A stretch of DNA of 64,000 bases from Candidatus Bathyarchaeota archaeon (GTDB taxonomy: Archaea; Thermoproteota; Bathyarchaeia; Bathyarchaeales; Bathycorpusculaceae). Under the pieces are notes generated by a model. It worked only from the letters and a program-made list of their open reading frames with translations. It did not search any database and was not told where the DNA came from. Below, one piece after another: positions 11,559 through 23,305 of this stretch (position 1 is its first letter; each line of letters opens with the position of its first letter). The DNA lies in the NCBI GenBank assembly GCA_963780185.1, contig CAWABA010000006.1, forward strand, positions 608,001-672,000, written 5' to 3'. The translations under genes were made by a program, and so were the position numbers.

Positions 11559-13187
11559 TTAGGAAATTGGGGTTTTTGGTTTTCCAAGTTTCTTGTTGAC
11601 GCATGCTTGGATGAATCCTGCGTATTCAGGTTCGGGTCTTCCGGGTCGGCTTTTGAATTCTCCGTGGAACTGCGATGCGAAGAAGAAGTATTTGTCGGGT
11701 AATTCTAGGGTTTCCATTCGTCGTCCGTCGCTGCTTTTGCCTGTGAAGCATAATCCGTTGTTTTTCTGGGTTTCTTGGTAGTCAAGGTTGACTTCGAAGC
11801 GGTGTCGGTGGCGCTCGTAGATTTCTTCCTGTTGGTACATGCTGTAGGCTAAGGTGCCTTTTTGGAGGACAACTTTGTGGGCGCCTAAACGCATGGTTGC
11901 ACCCTTAATTTCTATGCCGCGTTGCTCAGGCATCAGGTCGATGACTGGGAATGGGGTTTCTGGGTTGATTTCCGTGCTGTTCGCATCTTTGAGTCCGCAG
12001 ACGTTTCTTGAAAATTCGATGACGGCAAGTTGGAAGCCGTAGCAGATGCCGAGGAACGGGATGTCGTTTTCGCGGGCGAATTGGACAGCTAAAATCTTGC
12101 CTTCCGTACCTCGGGGTCCGAAGCCGTAGGGAACGAAGATGCCGTCGAAGTTGGCGAGGTCTGCGACGCATTGGGGATCATGCTCAAGTTTTTCTGCTTC
12201 AAGGTAGCTGATGCAGACTTTGGTTTTGCATGCGCCGCCGCCGTGCCTAAGCGCCTCGGTCATGCTTACGTAACTGTCAGTTAAACCAGCGTATTTGCCG
12301 ACCAACGCAATTTTGACTTCGTGTTCGGGGTGTATGAGGCCGTCGACGAATTGTTGCCATGTGCTGAAGTCTTTGCCTTCGCATTTGATGGCTAACCGTT
12401 GGCAGATAAAGTCGCCCATGCCTTGCCCATCCAAGATAAGCGGTACCTGATAGACGGATTCCGCGTTGTAGCTGCAGAATACTGCGCTTTCAGGGATCGT
12501 TCCGAATAACGCTATTTTTCTGAGGGCTTCAGCGTCAATCATTTTGGGGCTTCTAGCCACTATCGTATCTGGTTGGATACCGATGCCTCTTAACTCGTTA
12601 ATGCTGTGCTGTAAGGGTTTAGTTTTCATTTCTCCGGTGACATCTAAAATTGGAACCAAAGCCAAATGAACGTAAAGCGTGTTCTCATAGCCTTCCTCCA
12701 TACGCATCTGGCGGATGGCTTCAAGGAAGGGTAAGCCTTCGATGTCGCCGACTGTGCCGCCTACTTCGGTGAGAACGATGTCGGCGCAGGCTGATTTGCC
12801 GACGTTTCGGATGCGGCTTTTGATTTCGTTAGTTACATGCGGCACAATTTGGACGCATCGCCCAAGGAAGTCGCCTCGCCGCTCTTTCTCAATGACGGAT
12901 TTGTAAACCATACCTGTGGTTAAGTTGTTTTCTTGTTTGAGGCTTAAATCCAAGAAACGTTCGTACCAGCCGAGGTCAAGGTCAGCTTCCCCGCCGTCGT
13001 CAGTAACATAGACTTCGCCGTGCATGTACGGGTTCATCGTTCCCGCGTCAACGTTTACGTAAGGGTCGATTTTAACCACTGTACACTTTAAGCCTCTTGC
13101 CTGCAGCATCTTTCCAATGGAAGAAGTCAATATTCCTTTGCCGACGGAACTTAACACGCCTCCCGTGATGAAAATGTACTTAACCAT
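11559..13187 (-). CDS. pyrG: CTP synthase
   Basis: [43 protein letters not shown]. Confidence 0.98.
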   Translation of the reverse strand: MVKYIFITGGVLSSVGKGILTSSIGKMLQARGLKCTVVKIDPYVNVDAGTMNPYMHGEVYVTDDGGEADLDLGWYERFLDLSLKQENNLTTGMVYKSVIEKERRGDFLGRCVQIVPHVTNEIKSRIRNVGKSACADIVLTEVGGTVGDIEGLPFLEAIRQMRMEEGYENTLYVHLALVPILDVTGEMKTKPLQHSINELRGIGIQPDTIVARSPKMIDAEALRKIALFGTIPESAVFCSYNAESVYQVPLILDGQGMGDFICQRLAIKCEGKDFSTWQQFVDGLIHPEHEVKIALVGKYAGLTDSYVSMTEALRHGGGACKTKVCISYLEAEKLEHDPQCVADLANFDGIFVPYGFGPRGTEGKILAVQFARENDIPFLGICYGFQLAVIEFSRNVCGLKDANSTEINPETPFPVIDLMPEQRGIEIKGATMRLGAHKVVLQKGTLAYSMYQQEEIYERHRHRFEVNLDYQETQKNNGLCFTGKSSDGRRMETLELPDKYFFFASQFHGEFKSRPGRPEPEYAGFIQACVNKKLGKPKTPIS

Positions 13188-13490
13188 GATTTTCCCCGCA
13201 ATAACCACACCTTTCATGCAATCTTAATATAACTCTTTTGTGTGCACAGCTGCAAAAACGTGCAACCAACCATGGTTAAAAATAACAAAACAAACAGGAA
13301 AACAGGAGGCAGACGTGCATTTGCGGTTGAATTCCAGCGGCGTCGTTTCCTAGATTTTTCCTTTTCAAACGCTTCACGTGAAGTAAAAAACCAATGAATT
13401 TCTCGGTTTCGTCCATCTTGAGCGAAAGGGTTTGCCTTTACTTCAGAAAAATTTTAATTGGCACTGTGCTAGATATGAGTGGAGACTGAA

Positions 13491-13724
13491 ATGCCTAAAG
13501 CCTTTGTGTTGATAAATGTTGAGTCGGGCTCGGAAGAAGAAGTTCTTGAGCAAATCAAAAAAAGCGAAGGGGTAGAAGAAGCATACTATTCCTATGGGGT
13601 ATACGACATCATTGCCAAGATAAAAGCCGAAACCATGGAGAAACTTAGGGAAGCCGTGTCGCAGAAAATGAGAACCATCAGCAAAGTCAGATCCACATTG
13701 ACTCTTATAATGATGGAAGAATAA
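13491..13724 (+). CDS. stand-alone Lrp/AsnC ligand-binding (RAM) domain protein #1
   Basis: AFVLINVE..GVEEA...YGVYDIIAK...STLTLI; no HTH. Confidence 0.9.
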   Translation: MPKAFVLINVESGSEEEVLEQIKKSEGVEEAYYSYGVYDIIAKIKAETMEKLREAVSQKMRTISKVRSTLTLIMMEE

Positions 13725-13916
13725 GAAACATTTTGGCTCCAAGTTTTTTCCCTCAGAACGGGCGCAACCTGCACCTCCTGCATAAAAAATAACCAGAAAA
13801 GCCCAGCCCAGACGTAACCCTGAACCGTTTTTGCGTCTCAAGCAGCGGCGGAGTTTCTTTGCGTATTGCTTAATAGTTTAGCCGCTGAAAGGTAAGGGAA
13901 GGCTTGGAAATTCAAC

Positions 13917-14945
13917 ATGGAACCCGCTGGAAAACCCTTGGGGCAAAAGGTGATTCTTGCAGTTCTGATTTTAGGTCTCTTCGCCTTCCTACTCTACTTC
14001 TTCCTGTACATCAAACCTGCAGAGGTCGCCAAGATTCTATCAAAAACAAACTTGGCAATTTACTCCGTTGCATTCGTCGCTTACATCGCCTACACCCTGT
14101 TCTCCTCGCTTGTGTGGCGCAGCCTCCTTGGCAGCCTCTCCGTAGAAATCAGCACCCGCAAAGCATTGCTCTTCACTTGGGTCGGCTTGTTTTTCGACGC
14201 CACCGTTCCGCAACTCGGATGGTCAGGCGAAATCTCGAAAACTTACATGTTAACCAAAGACTCAAGCCTCAGCGCGGGAAAAATCGGAGCGTCGGTTGTG
14301 AGCCAAAAAATCTTCAACATGACAATAACCGTTGTAGCTATGTCGCTTGGGTTAGGAGTGATGCTTGTCGGTTACCCTCTGCCTCTTCTTGTGACCTTTC
14401 TGATTTCTCTTGTTTTAAGCCTGCTAATTCTTACCTTAGTCTTGGTCTACCTCATAAGCGTCAAGCCGTCCGCCACCAAAACCTTGCTGAACTGGGCGGT
14501 ACGCATGATTTCGTTTTTCAAAAAAACATGGAACCCACAAAACTTCAAGGCTAAAGCAGAAGGACTCCTGTCTACGTTCCATGTCGGGATGCAGAATATG
14601 AAGGCTAACCGAAAAGCGTTGGTTAAGCCAATCATTTATTCGGTTACAAGTTTTATTCTTGAAATCTCAGTTACATTCATCACTTTTGTCGCTTTAGGCT
14701 ATCCTGTGCCCGTGGATAAGGTGCTTGTAGTGTTTACTTTAACGGGGACGCTTCAAACGGTCGGCTTTGCTTTCTTCGGTTTTCCCGAGTTAATAATGAC
14801 CGTGTCATACACTGCCCTCGGAATCCCTGTTGCGCTTGGCGTTTCAGTTACCTTGCTTACGAGGGTGGTGAGCCTTTGGTTCCGTCTTGTCGTTTCCTAC
14901 GCTGCTTTCCAGTGGGCTGGAATAAAAGTTATGCTTAACAAGTAA
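13917..14945 (+). CDS. flippase-like membrane protein (UPF0104 / LPG synthase TM family)
   Basis: Multi-TM; W.SLL...FF...P.....GE..K motif. Confidence 0.8.
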   Translation: MEPAGKPLGQKVILAVLILGLFAFLLYFFLYIKPAEVAKILSKTNLAIYSVAFVAYIAYTLFSSLVWRSLLGSLSVEISTRKALLFTWVGLFFDATVPQLGWSGEISKTYMLTKDSSLSAGKIGASVVSQKIFNMTITVVAMSLGLGVMLVGYPLPLLVTFLISLVLSLLILTLVLVYLISVKPSATKTLLNWAVRMISFFKKTWNPQNFKAKAEGLLSTFHVGMQNMKANRKALVKPIIYSVTSFILEISVTFITFVALGYPVPVDKVLVVFTLTGTLQTVGFAFFGFPELIMTVSYTALGIPVALGVSVTLLTRVVSLWFRLVVSYAAFQWAGIKVMLNK

Positions 14946-15038
14946 ACGTTTTTTTCGCATGCGCACCGCTGTCTTGTTTGTCTGCTAGCAAACTTTTAAT
15001 GCACGCTAAGCTAATCAGTTATGGTAGGACAGATTGAT

Positions 15039-15275
15039 ATGCCAACAGCCTTTGTACTGATAAACACTGAAATTGGTTCAGAATCTGACGTTCTTAAAGA
15101 ATTGAAAAAAGTCGAAGGTGTAGAGGAAGCATCAGCAGTTTACGGGGTCTACGACATTGTTGCAAGGGTAAAAGCTGACACAATGGATAGGCTCAAAGAG
15201 CTGGTGACCTGGCGGATTCGCCGCCTAGACAAAGTGCGGTCAACGCTGACAATGATTGTTGTGGAAGAGAAATAA
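15039..15275 (+). CDS. stand-alone RAM domain protein #2
   Basis: PTAFVLINTEIG..YGVYDIVARV..STLTMI. Confidence 0.9.
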   Translation: MPTAFVLINTEIGSESDVLKELKKVEGVEEASAVYGVYDIVARVKADTMDRLKELVTWRIRRLDKVRSTLTMIVVEEK

Positions 15276-15526
15276 CCATTTTTTAACTCCTTTTCTTTCA
15301 ACACGAAAAAACAGATTCAGAATCTTTTGTTACTTTAAGCATGCACACACGCTTAAAGCTGAAACTTAAATTTATTGTGAAGTGATAAAATTGAAAGCAG
15401 AATTTAAATGTCCATGGTGTGGAAGCGACTTCCGAAACGGAAGAGACTTAGACACACATGCAAGAGAGCACTACTCAAAATCAATTTAGCCAGCCCAAGA
15501 AGACCTCTGCCAACACAGCGCCAAGT

Positions 15527-15550
15527 TGTGACTGTGCCTATACAATCACA
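15527..15550 (+). promoter_or_regulatory. palindromic upstream element, copy 1
   Basis: TGTGACTGT-GCCTAT-ACAATCACA followed by CTTAAA TATA-like box. Confidence 0.7.
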
Positions 15551-15822
15551 TAATCTTAAATTTTTTACAATTGAATTAACAACCTGTGCATCTGATGCAA
15601 CTGAGTGAGAGAACAAAAATGCGAGAAACTGATAGTTTGCCAGGGAGCAACCACCACCCGACAGCGAAACTCTCATTTTTAGCAGGTGCGCCGAATTTTT
15701 TATCGGTTGCGTTGAAGAGATTTGGATTCAAACTGACGTTTTTTCTTGTTCCCCTTGAACATGGAAGAGCACCCAATCTCTGAAACCAACCATTTAAAAA
15801 CCTTTGGAGTTTGAAAAGAAAA

Positions 15823-16242
15823 ATGCCAACAGCTTTCGTACTTTTAAATACAGAAATCGGAGCCGAAAACCAAGTTTTAAGTGCACTTAGAAAAATTGAA
15901 GGCGTAGAAGAAGCTCACAACCTTTGGGGAGTTTACGACATAATCGCAAACGTCAAGGCAGAGAGCGTCGAGAGGCTTAGGTACATAATTACCAAAAAAA
16001 TCGGCCAAATTGGAAGAATAAACTCGAAGCTTACAATGATGATAACGGATACGACCGCAGCCGACATTGGAAGAGAAGGTGTTTTTTGCGCAGAACCCGA
16101 TGGAAAACGCTTTGGTCCATTAGTTCCACCTCAATTTTTTTTATTTAAACAACATTTTTTTAACCTTGCAGTCCATTCTCTAAATCAGCTTGGAGAGAGG
16201 ATGCTTGACCACGCAACAGGTAATGCATATCGGGTTAGATGA
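15823..16242 (+). CDS. stand-alone RAM domain protein #3; 3' end probably frameshifted
   Basis: PTAFVLLNTEIG..WGVYDIIANV; tail runs into a T-rich terminator-like region and overlaps tiaS. Confidence 0.75.
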   Translation: MPTAFVLLNTEIGAENQVLSALRKIEGVEEAHNLWGVYDIIANVKAESVERLRYIITKKIGQIGRINSKLTMMITDTTAADIGREGVFCAEPDGKRFGPLVPPQFFLFKQHFFNLAVHSLNQLGERMLDHATGNAYRVR

Positions 16243-17561
16243 TACAGACTCAACTAAAGGAGGCTGCACCACCTACCTCGCCGCTTTGCTTGTTGAGAAA
16301 CTCGTCGGATTTCCAAGCAGAATTCATCGACTACCCACTCTTAATTCGGCTTAACCCAAACGTGCCGTGGAAAACCCGAGGCAACGGCGCCCTTTGCCTA
16401 AGATTCAGGCACCCAACCGCCTTGGAACAGAAAATAAAAGAAATAGCTCTGGAGCTGTGGGAGAAAAACTCAGCCGTCAAGGAAAAAGGCACGGACCCAG
16501 GCATAGTTTTTTTTAGCGGGGAAAAAATTCCCGAGGAATTTACGGCGTTTTCGAAAAGGGCTGAAACAAGCATTGTGACGCTGCGGGAAGCGTTGTCGCT
16601 TATCAAGAGGTTTGGCGGGGAGGCTTGCGGGTTTAACTCTTGCCGCGGCATAATCGGCGCTTTGGCAGCCATCGGCGAAACCCTCAGCTGCGACCACACT
16701 TACGAGCTAATCGCTTACAGGACGCCGCAGATGTGGGGGACAAAGCGGCTGGTGGACGAAGCGTCAATTTTCGAAATGGACAAACAACTGGAACCCTGCG
16801 TCTTTAACAACGTGGATGCGGAGAAACAAAGAGTAATCATCACTCCGCGAGGTCCAGACCCCATCCTTTTCGGCATCAGAGGCGAAACACCAGAAGCAGT
16901 AAAACAAGCTTTCGGGTTGGTTAAGCCGCTTGAACCCGTCGAACGATGGGTTATCTTCCGCTCAAACCAAGGCACCGACGCCCACCTCAAACACGCCCCA
17001 ACCCTAAGAAGCATCGAACCATACAGCTCCGTAATCGCCAAAGGAGAGGTTTCGCAGAATCCGCGGATTGTTCCCCTGCGCCACGTTATCTTTTCAATAC
17101 GGGACGATTCGGCAGAAGTGGATTGCGCCGCCTACGAGCCGACGGGTGACCTGCGGAAAATCGCCAGAGAACTGATAGTAGGCGACTGCGTCGAGGTGTA
17201 CGGGGCTGCCCATAAGGCGACCAAGAGTAAGCCTTTGACGATTAACCTTGAAAAAATCAACATACTCAGCCTTGCATCGAAAACGCGGACAGAGAACCCG
17301 CTTTGCCCAGACTGCGGCAAACATTTGAAATCGATGGGGAAAAACCAAGGTTTTCGTTGTGAAAAATGCGGCGGGAAATTTGCAGGTTTGAAAAAGAAAG
17401 ATTTGGCTGTGCCCAGGGCGCTTGGGGTTGGGTTGTATGTGACTTCGACAAGGTCGCAGAGGCACCTAACTAAGCCGCTAAGGCGGTACGGGCAGGAAAA
17501 AACCGCAGCCTCGCCGCCAGTGCTGATTGACGGGTGGCACAGTGGTTTTCACAAAATTTAA
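16205..17561 (+). CDS. tiaS: tRNA(Ile2) 2-agmatinylcytidine synthetase, frameshift near 16312
   Basis: N-terminal HIGLDDTDS..GGCTTY in an alternate frame; RLNPNVPWKTRGNGA, SNQGTD, AYEPT, C-terminal zinc ribbon, RHLTKP. Confidence 0.93.
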
Positions 17562-17606
17562 TATTGACCGCGTAAACTAAAACCCGTTCGTAGGTCGTCA
17601 GCTTAA

Positions 17607-18626
17607 ATGGCAAACAGAGAACTCCAATTTGGCTTGGTAACGCCGCAGGAAGGTAAAACGTGCGAGCAGATTCTCTCCAGTGCCCGACTGGTCGAAGAGC
17701 TTGGGTTTGACTCTGTCCACCTCTACGACCACCTTTACATGTCGTCGGGTGCGCCGTATCCTGAATGCTGGACCATGCTATCCGCCATCGCCGCAGGAAC
17801 CAGCCGAATCAAGTTCGGTCCCCTTGTCCTCAACAACCTGTTTCGTCACCCCGCGCTCGTAGCGAAAATGGGGGCAGCGTTAGACCAGATTTCCCAAGGC
17901 AGACTCAAACTGGGCATAGGTGCAGGCTGGAACAAAGATGAATGCGTCGCATACGGCATCGAATTTCCAGAGTACAAGCAAAGAGTTGCGATGCTTGCCG
18001 AAGCCATCGAAATTATCCAAAAACTGTGGAAAGCCCGCGGTCAACCAGTCTCATTCCAAGGCAAATACTACGCCGTAAAAGAAGCTGTCTGCATGCCGCC
18101 GCCCCATTCGGAGCCGACGCCGCCTATTTTTGTCGGAGGTGCAAGCAACGAAATCCTGCGGGTTGTAGCGAAATACTCGATTGGGCTTAACGTCGACCAA
18201 GACTGGAACGTCGGGTTGGCACGTTTGCAACGAACCTTCACGGCTTTAGACCAAACCTGCCAGCTGGAAGGCACCGACCCAAAGAATAAACCGCGGTCCC
18301 TTTGCGTAAGGCTTTTTGTTGGCGCCAGCGAAGAAGAAGCGGCTGCCCAACAAGCCAAGTTTATGACTGCGTCAACGCCTGCCACGCTTCGGGTTTACCT
18401 GCACAGGGCAATGGAGAAGGCCCGCAAATCCACGCGAACGCATGGCCCGATTATTAGGGGGCAAACCGCCGTTTTAGGCACCCCAGAAGACTGCGTCAGC
18501 CAACTCCGCGAGTACCATGCGTTAGGCGTAACTGAGTTTCTATTCAAAGTGTATGACTTCACCGATTCAGACCTCCTAAAAGTTGTCGCTGACCAAATAG
18601 TCAAGCCGATGAGGGAACAAAATTGA
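17607..18626 (+). CDS. LLM-class (probably F420-dependent) oxidoreductase
   Basis: GFDSV.LYDH, ECWT.LSA, RHPA..AKM, GRL.LGIGAGW. Confidence 0.88.
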   Translation: MANRELQFGLVTPQEGKTCEQILSSARLVEELGFDSVHLYDHLYMSSGAPYPECWTMLSAIAAGTSRIKFGPLVLNNLFRHPALVAKMGAALDQISQGRLKLGIGAGWNKDECVAYGIEFPEYKQRVAMLAEAIEIIQKLWKARGQPVSFQGKYYAVKEAVCMPPPHSEPTPPIFVGGASNEILRVVAKYSIGLNVDQDWNVGLARLQRTFTALDQTCQLEGTDPKNKPRSLCVRLFVGASEEEAAAQQAKFMTASTPATLRVYLHRAMEKARKSTRTHGPIIRGQTAVLGTPEDCVSQLREYHALGVTEFLFKVYDFTDSDLLKVVADQIVKPMREQN

Positions 18627-19702
18627 CGGACCCTATACGTGTAGGCATCGTAGGTATAGGCGGCGTCGCCCAACTTCGTCATCTCCCCGCTTGGCGCAGA
18701 ATCCCTTCAGTTAAGGTTCAGGCAGTCTGCGACCTCGACGTCAGATGCGCCCAAAAAATCGCGAAACTCCACGCCATCCCCAAAGTCTACCGAAACTGCG
18801 AGGAAATGCTTCAAGAAGAATCCTTGGACATTGTGGATCTTTGCTCGCCAGCTTCAACCCATGCCGCCGCTGCGATTTCAGCTTTAAAGCATGACGCAAA
18901 CGTTGTTGTTGAGAAGCCGATGGCGATGGATTATTCCTCCGCCAAACAAGTTTACGACGCTGCACATGGTAGCTCGAGGAAGTTCACAGTTGTGCAAAAT
19001 TTTCGTTTCATGACGTGCTATACAGAATTGAAGAAAAAAATGGCTGTAGGAGAAGTTGGATTCATTGATTTCTTATACAGCTATTTTGGTTTTACAAATC
19101 CCGACTTGAACGACCAGTTTCTTCCTGCTTACCGCCGTGGGATTCTTTTTGAAACGGGGATTCATGATATTGATAGTTCCAGAGATTTGCTCGGCGAAGT
19201 TGCAGAGGCAAATGCCACGGTAACTAAGCACACTTTAAGCGGGCAAGCTCGGAGCATAAACTGTGTTCTAACCCATAAGAGTAAAGCTTTGTCGATAATT
19301 AGGGTGTCATTCGCTGCTGCAAACCACAGCCACCGACTAGAAGTCAATGGACGCAAAACACGGGCAAGCATAGATTTCAATCAAGGACTATTGGATTTCG
19401 AAAGAGAACCTCGTACCCGTAAGGAGTTTATTCATTTCGCGTTGAAAGAAATTCCGAAATCTGCGACTCGAATTAAACGCGACCTTGGCGGTTTTATTTC
19501 GCTTCAGCTAGACCGAGATAGGAGCTACTTCCCAGCGGTCGCCGCATATGAAGTTTTTTTCCAACAATTCGTTAGGAGCATTCAGGAAGACAGGACACCC
19601 CCAGTAACTCTGGAAGAATCTTACGCCAACATGAAGATACTGGAGGCATGTAGAGTTTCCTCAGAAACGGGGCAGCCTCAAAAAATCGTGGATTTAAAAT
19701 AG
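18623..19702 (+). CDS. Gfo/Idh/MocA family oxidoreductase
   Basis: GIVGIGG, EKPMA, GIHDID. Confidence 0.88.
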   Translation: MTDPIRVGIVGIGGVAQLRHLPAWRRIPSVKVQAVCDLDVRCAQKIAKLHAIPKVYRNCEEMLQEESLDIVDLCSPASTHAAAAISALKHDANVVVEKPMAMDYSSAKQVYDAAHGSSRKFTVVQNFRFMTCYTELKKKMAVGEVGFIDFLYSYFGFTNPDLNDQFLPAYRRGILFETGIHDIDSSRDLLGEVAEANATVTKHTLSGQARSINCVLTHKSKALSIIRVSFAAANHSHRLEVNGRKTRASIDFNQGLLDFEREPRTRKEFIHFALKEIPKSATRIKRDLGGFISLQLDRDRSYFPAVAAYEVFFQQFVRSIQEDRTPPVTLEESYANMKILEACRVSSETGQPQKIVDLK

Positions 19703-19875
19703 GCTCGGTGACCGTTTACTAAAGCGGAAAACCTCACAGCATTCAAAAAAAATAAAAGAAGAGAGAAGAAAGGCTTGTGGGGCGAAAATATCCCCTTTTT
19801 AACATTTACCTTTAAATCAGTGAAATCCATAGAAACTCTCCAATAACAAGCAATCTTAGGTCAAAAACGAGGCAA

Positions 19876-22689
19876 ATGTCTATGACAGATAAAACGTTCC
19901 CGGCGGAAGCTTATGCTCTCCCATTCTTCAAGCAAGAAGGCTTCGTGAGGAAGCATTGTCCAAAGTGCGGCGAATGGTACTGGACTCAAAACCAAGCGCA
20001 GGAAACCTGCGGCGAATCCAGCTCGGACGAATGCGGATTCTACACTTTTATCAACAACCCCGCAACCAAGAAAAGCTTCACGCTGCCCGAGATGCGCGAG
20101 GCGTTTTTGAGCTTTTTCGAGAGGAACGGGCATACACGCATTAAGCCTTACCCTGTGGTTGCCCGCTGGCGTAAAGACATTTACCTGACGCATGCAAGCA
20201 TCATCGATTTTCAACCCTACGTAACCGAAGGCATCGCGCCGCCCCCAGCTAACCCGCTGGTGATTTCTCAGCCATCCATCAGGCTCACAGACATTTCCAA
20301 TACAGGTCCAACGTTTGGAAGGCACCTAACCATCTTCGAAATGGGCGGAGCACACGCCTTCAACTACCCAGACAAAGAAGTGTACTGGAAAAACGAAACC
20401 GTACAGTTCCACCACCGCTTCGCAACCGAAGCTCTTGGCATAAAATCCGAGGAAGTCATCTACAAAGAGGGAGTTTGGGTTGGCGGAGGCAACGCTGGTC
20501 CAGACGTGGAATGCATATGCCGCGGCTTAGAAGTCGGCACGTTGGTTTTTATGCAGTACAAGGTTGTCGGCGACGACTTCGTAGAGTTGCCCATACGCAC
20601 AGTGGACACGGGGTACGGGATTGACCGTTTCGCATGGATAAGCCAAGGAGTGCCAAGCGCTTTTCAGGCGATTTACGGCAAAATGCTTGACAAAATCTAC
20701 GCGATGGCTGGCTTAACTAACGTTGACAACAACTTTTTGTCTCAGGTTGCGAAGTATTCGGGTTTGGTCAGTGTCGACAAAACCGCGAACCGCATGGTTA
20801 CCCGCAGACGCGTCGCTGAACTCTCAGGCATAGACCTGAAAACGTTGGAGTCGGTGCTTATGCCTATCGAGAATGCTTGGGCAATAACAGACCACACCAA
20901 AACCCTAAGCTTCATGCTTGCCGAAGGTGTTGTGCCGTCAAACATTCAGGAAGGCTACTTGGCGCGGCTGCTGTTCCGCCGTGTGTACCGTTTAATGCGG
21001 ACCCTCAACATTGAACCCGCAAAACTCTACGACATCGTAGACATGCAGGTAGATTACTGGTCAAAAGACTTCCCGCAAATCAAGGCGATGCAAAACGAAA
21101 TCATCGAAATGCTCAAAGTTGAGGAAGAAAAATTCAAAGACACACTCCTCCGCGGCGAAGGCATGGTAAAGCGCATAGCCAGCGACCTGAAAGCAAAAGG
21201 CACAGGCAAACTCCCAATGGACACACTCACTGAACTCTACGATTCACATGGGTTGCCGCCGGAGATTGTGAAGCAAGCGGCTGAAAAAGAAGGCATCCAA
21301 GTGGAGCTGCCCGAGAACTTTTACGCCCTAATAGCGCAGAGGCACATGGGCGCAGCTAAACCCACCGAAGAGGAAGATGCACAAGCCGAAAAAACACTGC
21401 AGAAAGAAGCTGAACAACTGCCCGCCACCGAGACCCTTTACTACACGGACACTTACATGCGCGAATTCGACGCTAAAGTCCTCAAAATAATCAGCGGCGT
21501 CTACGTCGTTCTTGACAAAACCTGCCTTTACCCTGAAGGAGGCGGCCAACCAGCAGACCACGGCTGGCTATGGGCTGGCGACGCCAAATTTGATGTGGTG
21601 GATACCCAGAAAATCGGCAAAGTCATCGTGCACAAACTCGCTTCTGCGGCAACCTTCAAGGAAGGCAGCGTCGTCCACGGCGTCATCGACTGGGATCGAC
21701 GTTACTCATTGATGAAAGCGCACACAGTTACCCATTTGATTAACGGCGCCGCAAGTCGGGTGCTGGGCGAACATGTTTGGCAGTCTGGAACCCAAAAAGG
21801 CTTAGAAACTTCACGCCTCGACATCACACATTACCGAAGACTAACCCAAGAAGAAGTACACAAAATCGAGCAGCTAGCAAACCAAGCAATTGCCGCCGAC
21901 ATGAAAGTAACCATAAAATGGTACCCACGCAACGAAGCAGAATCACTCTACGGCTTTCGGCTGTATCAGGGCGGCGCAGTCCCAGGCAAAGACATCCGCG
22001 TCGTCAAAACAGGCGACTGGGATGTAGAAGCTTGCGCTGGAACCCACCTGCAAAGCACCCTAGAAGTCGGCTACGTAAAAATCATCTACACCGAACGGGT
22101 GCAGGACGGCGTCGAACGTTTAGGCTACGCAGTCGGGATAGAAGCGGTAAAAGCGGTGCAGAAACAGGAAACCCAGCTTTGGAAAGTTTCAGAGATACTG
22201 GCGGCTCCTGTTGACAAGCTGGATAAGACAGCTGAAAAACTCGTTAAAGAACTCAAAGAAGCCAATGTTGAGAGACGCAGACTAATCAAGGAGTTGGCAG
22301 CGAAGGAGGGTGCGGCGGGGCAGGCTCAGGCGGCTGAGGCAACGACTGAAGTGGATGGGGTAGCGATTGTCAAACGGGACTTCGGCGAAGTCATCGACGT
22401 TGACCGCATGGTGCAAACAGCCACGGAAATGATAAAACGCAACCCAGCCACCGTCACACTGTTCTACGGTTCAGACGGGAAAACCTGCAGGCTCATGGTT
22501 ATGGCAGGCGACGCGGCAGTTCAGAAAGGCGTCAACGCAGGCAACGTGGTGAAGGAGTCGGCTCCGATTTTTGGCGGCGGAGGCGGCGGCAGACCAAACT
22601 TTGCGCAAGGCGGCGGAACAAAACCTGAGAAACTCAAGGAAGCTGTAAACACTGCTGAAGAAACAGTTAAGAAACAGCTGAAACATTGA
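19876..22689 (+). CDS. alaS: alanine--tRNA ligase (archaeal type)
   Basis: PVVARWR, ASIIDFQP, FEMGG, GGGNAGP, editing HxxxH and ACAGTH, C-terminal GGGGG. Confidence 0.98.
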   Translation: MSMTDKTFPAEAYALPFFKQEGFVRKHCPKCGEWYWTQNQAQETCGESSSDECGFYTFINNPATKKSFTLPEMREAFLSFFERNGHTRIKPYPVVARWRKDIYLTHASIIDFQPYVTEGIAPPPANPLVISQPSIRLTDISNTGPTFGRHLTIFEMGGAHAFNYPDKEVYWKNETVQFHHRFATEALGIKSEEVIYKEGVWVGGGNAGPDVECICRGLEVGTLVFMQYKVVGDDFVELPIRTVDTGYGIDRFAWISQGVPSAFQAIYGKMLDKIYAMAGLTNVDNNFLSQVAKYSGLVSVDKTANRMVTRRRVAELSGIDLKTLESVLMPIENAWAITDHTKTLSFMLAEGVVPSNIQEGYLARLLFRRVYRLMRTLNIEPAKLYDIVDMQVDYWSKDFPQIKAMQNEIIEMLKVEEEKFKDTLLRGEGMVKRIASDLKAKGTGKLPMDTLTELYDSHGLPPEIVKQAAEKEGIQVELPENFYALIAQRHMGAAKPTEEEDAQAEKTLQKEAEQLPATETLYYTDTYMREFDAKVLKIISGVYVVLDKTCLYPEGGGQPADHGWLWAGDAKFDVVDTQKIGKVIVHKLASAATFKEGSVVHGVIDWDRRYSLMKAHTVTHLINGAASRVLGEHVWQSGTQKGLETSRLDITHYRRLTQEEVHKIEQLANQAIAADMKVTIKWYPRNEAESLYGFRLYQGGAVPGKDIRVVKTGDWDVEACAGTHLQSTLEVGYVKIIYTERVQDGVERLGYAVGIEAVKAVQKQETQLWKVSEILAAPVDKLDKTAEKLVKELKEANVERRRLIKELAAKEGAAGQAQAAEATTEVDGVAIVKRDFGEVIDVDRMVQTATEMIKRNPATVTLFYGSDGKTCRLMVMAGDAAVQKGVNAGNVVKESAPIFGGGGGGRPNFAQGGGTKPEKLKEAVNTAEETVKKQLKH

Positions 22690-22844
22690 GCGCCAGAAAG
22701 GTAGGTCGTCCGTCACTTCTTTATTATCCGCGTTCATCCAGAATAATGCCAGATAGATGAATAAGACGTGCTGAACCGAAAACGACCTAATAGTTTAACC
22801 ACCCAGAGTCCGCATAATGTTAAATACGAATCCTTGCGCCAAAT

Positions 22845-22868
22845 TGTTACTGTGCCTATACAGTCACA
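22845..22868 (+). promoter_or_regulatory. palindromic upstream element, copy 2
   Basis: TGTTACTGT-GCCTAT-ACAGTCACA then TTTTAAA; part of a 63-bp near-duplicate of 15518-15580. Confidence 0.7.
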
Positions 22869-22903
22869 TGATTTTAAATTTGGTACAATTGAATTGACTA
22901 AAC

Positions 22904-23305
22904 ATGTTGGCACAGGAAAAGCAACATTTTGAAGACCGCGTTCTCAAAATTGCAAAAAATCGAATCGTCACAGCCTATCTTGATGCCATAATCCTTTGCC
23001 AACTAAAAAATAGTTATTTAGGCGGTTATGATCTTCTCAAAATAATTAACAAAAGGCTTGACGTCATTGTTGGCCCAAGCAAAATGTACTCGGTCCTCTA
23101 TGGCTTAGAGAGACAAGGGTTTATTGAATGTGCATCGAATGAAGCAAAAAGAGTGTACCGGCTAACGGATGATGGGAAAAAAGCGCTAGATGTTATTTCA
23201 AATTCCAGGGAACTGAAGGATTTTCTGCTTCTTGTGAACAAAGAGTTTTTTGCGGAACATATCTACAAATTTATCCTTATAAAAGCGGGTTCTCTCCTCC
23301 TTTGA
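22904..23305 (+). CDS. PadR-family winged-helix regulator
   Basis: GYDLL...YSVLYGLERQGFI...KRVYRLTDDG. Confidence 0.85.
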   Translation: MLAQEKQHFEDRVLKIAKNRIVTAYLDAIILCQLKNSYLGGYDLLKIINKRLDVIVGPSKMYSVLYGLERQGFIECASNEAKRVYRLTDDGKKALDVISNSRELKDFLLLVNKEFFAEHIYKFILIKAGSLLL

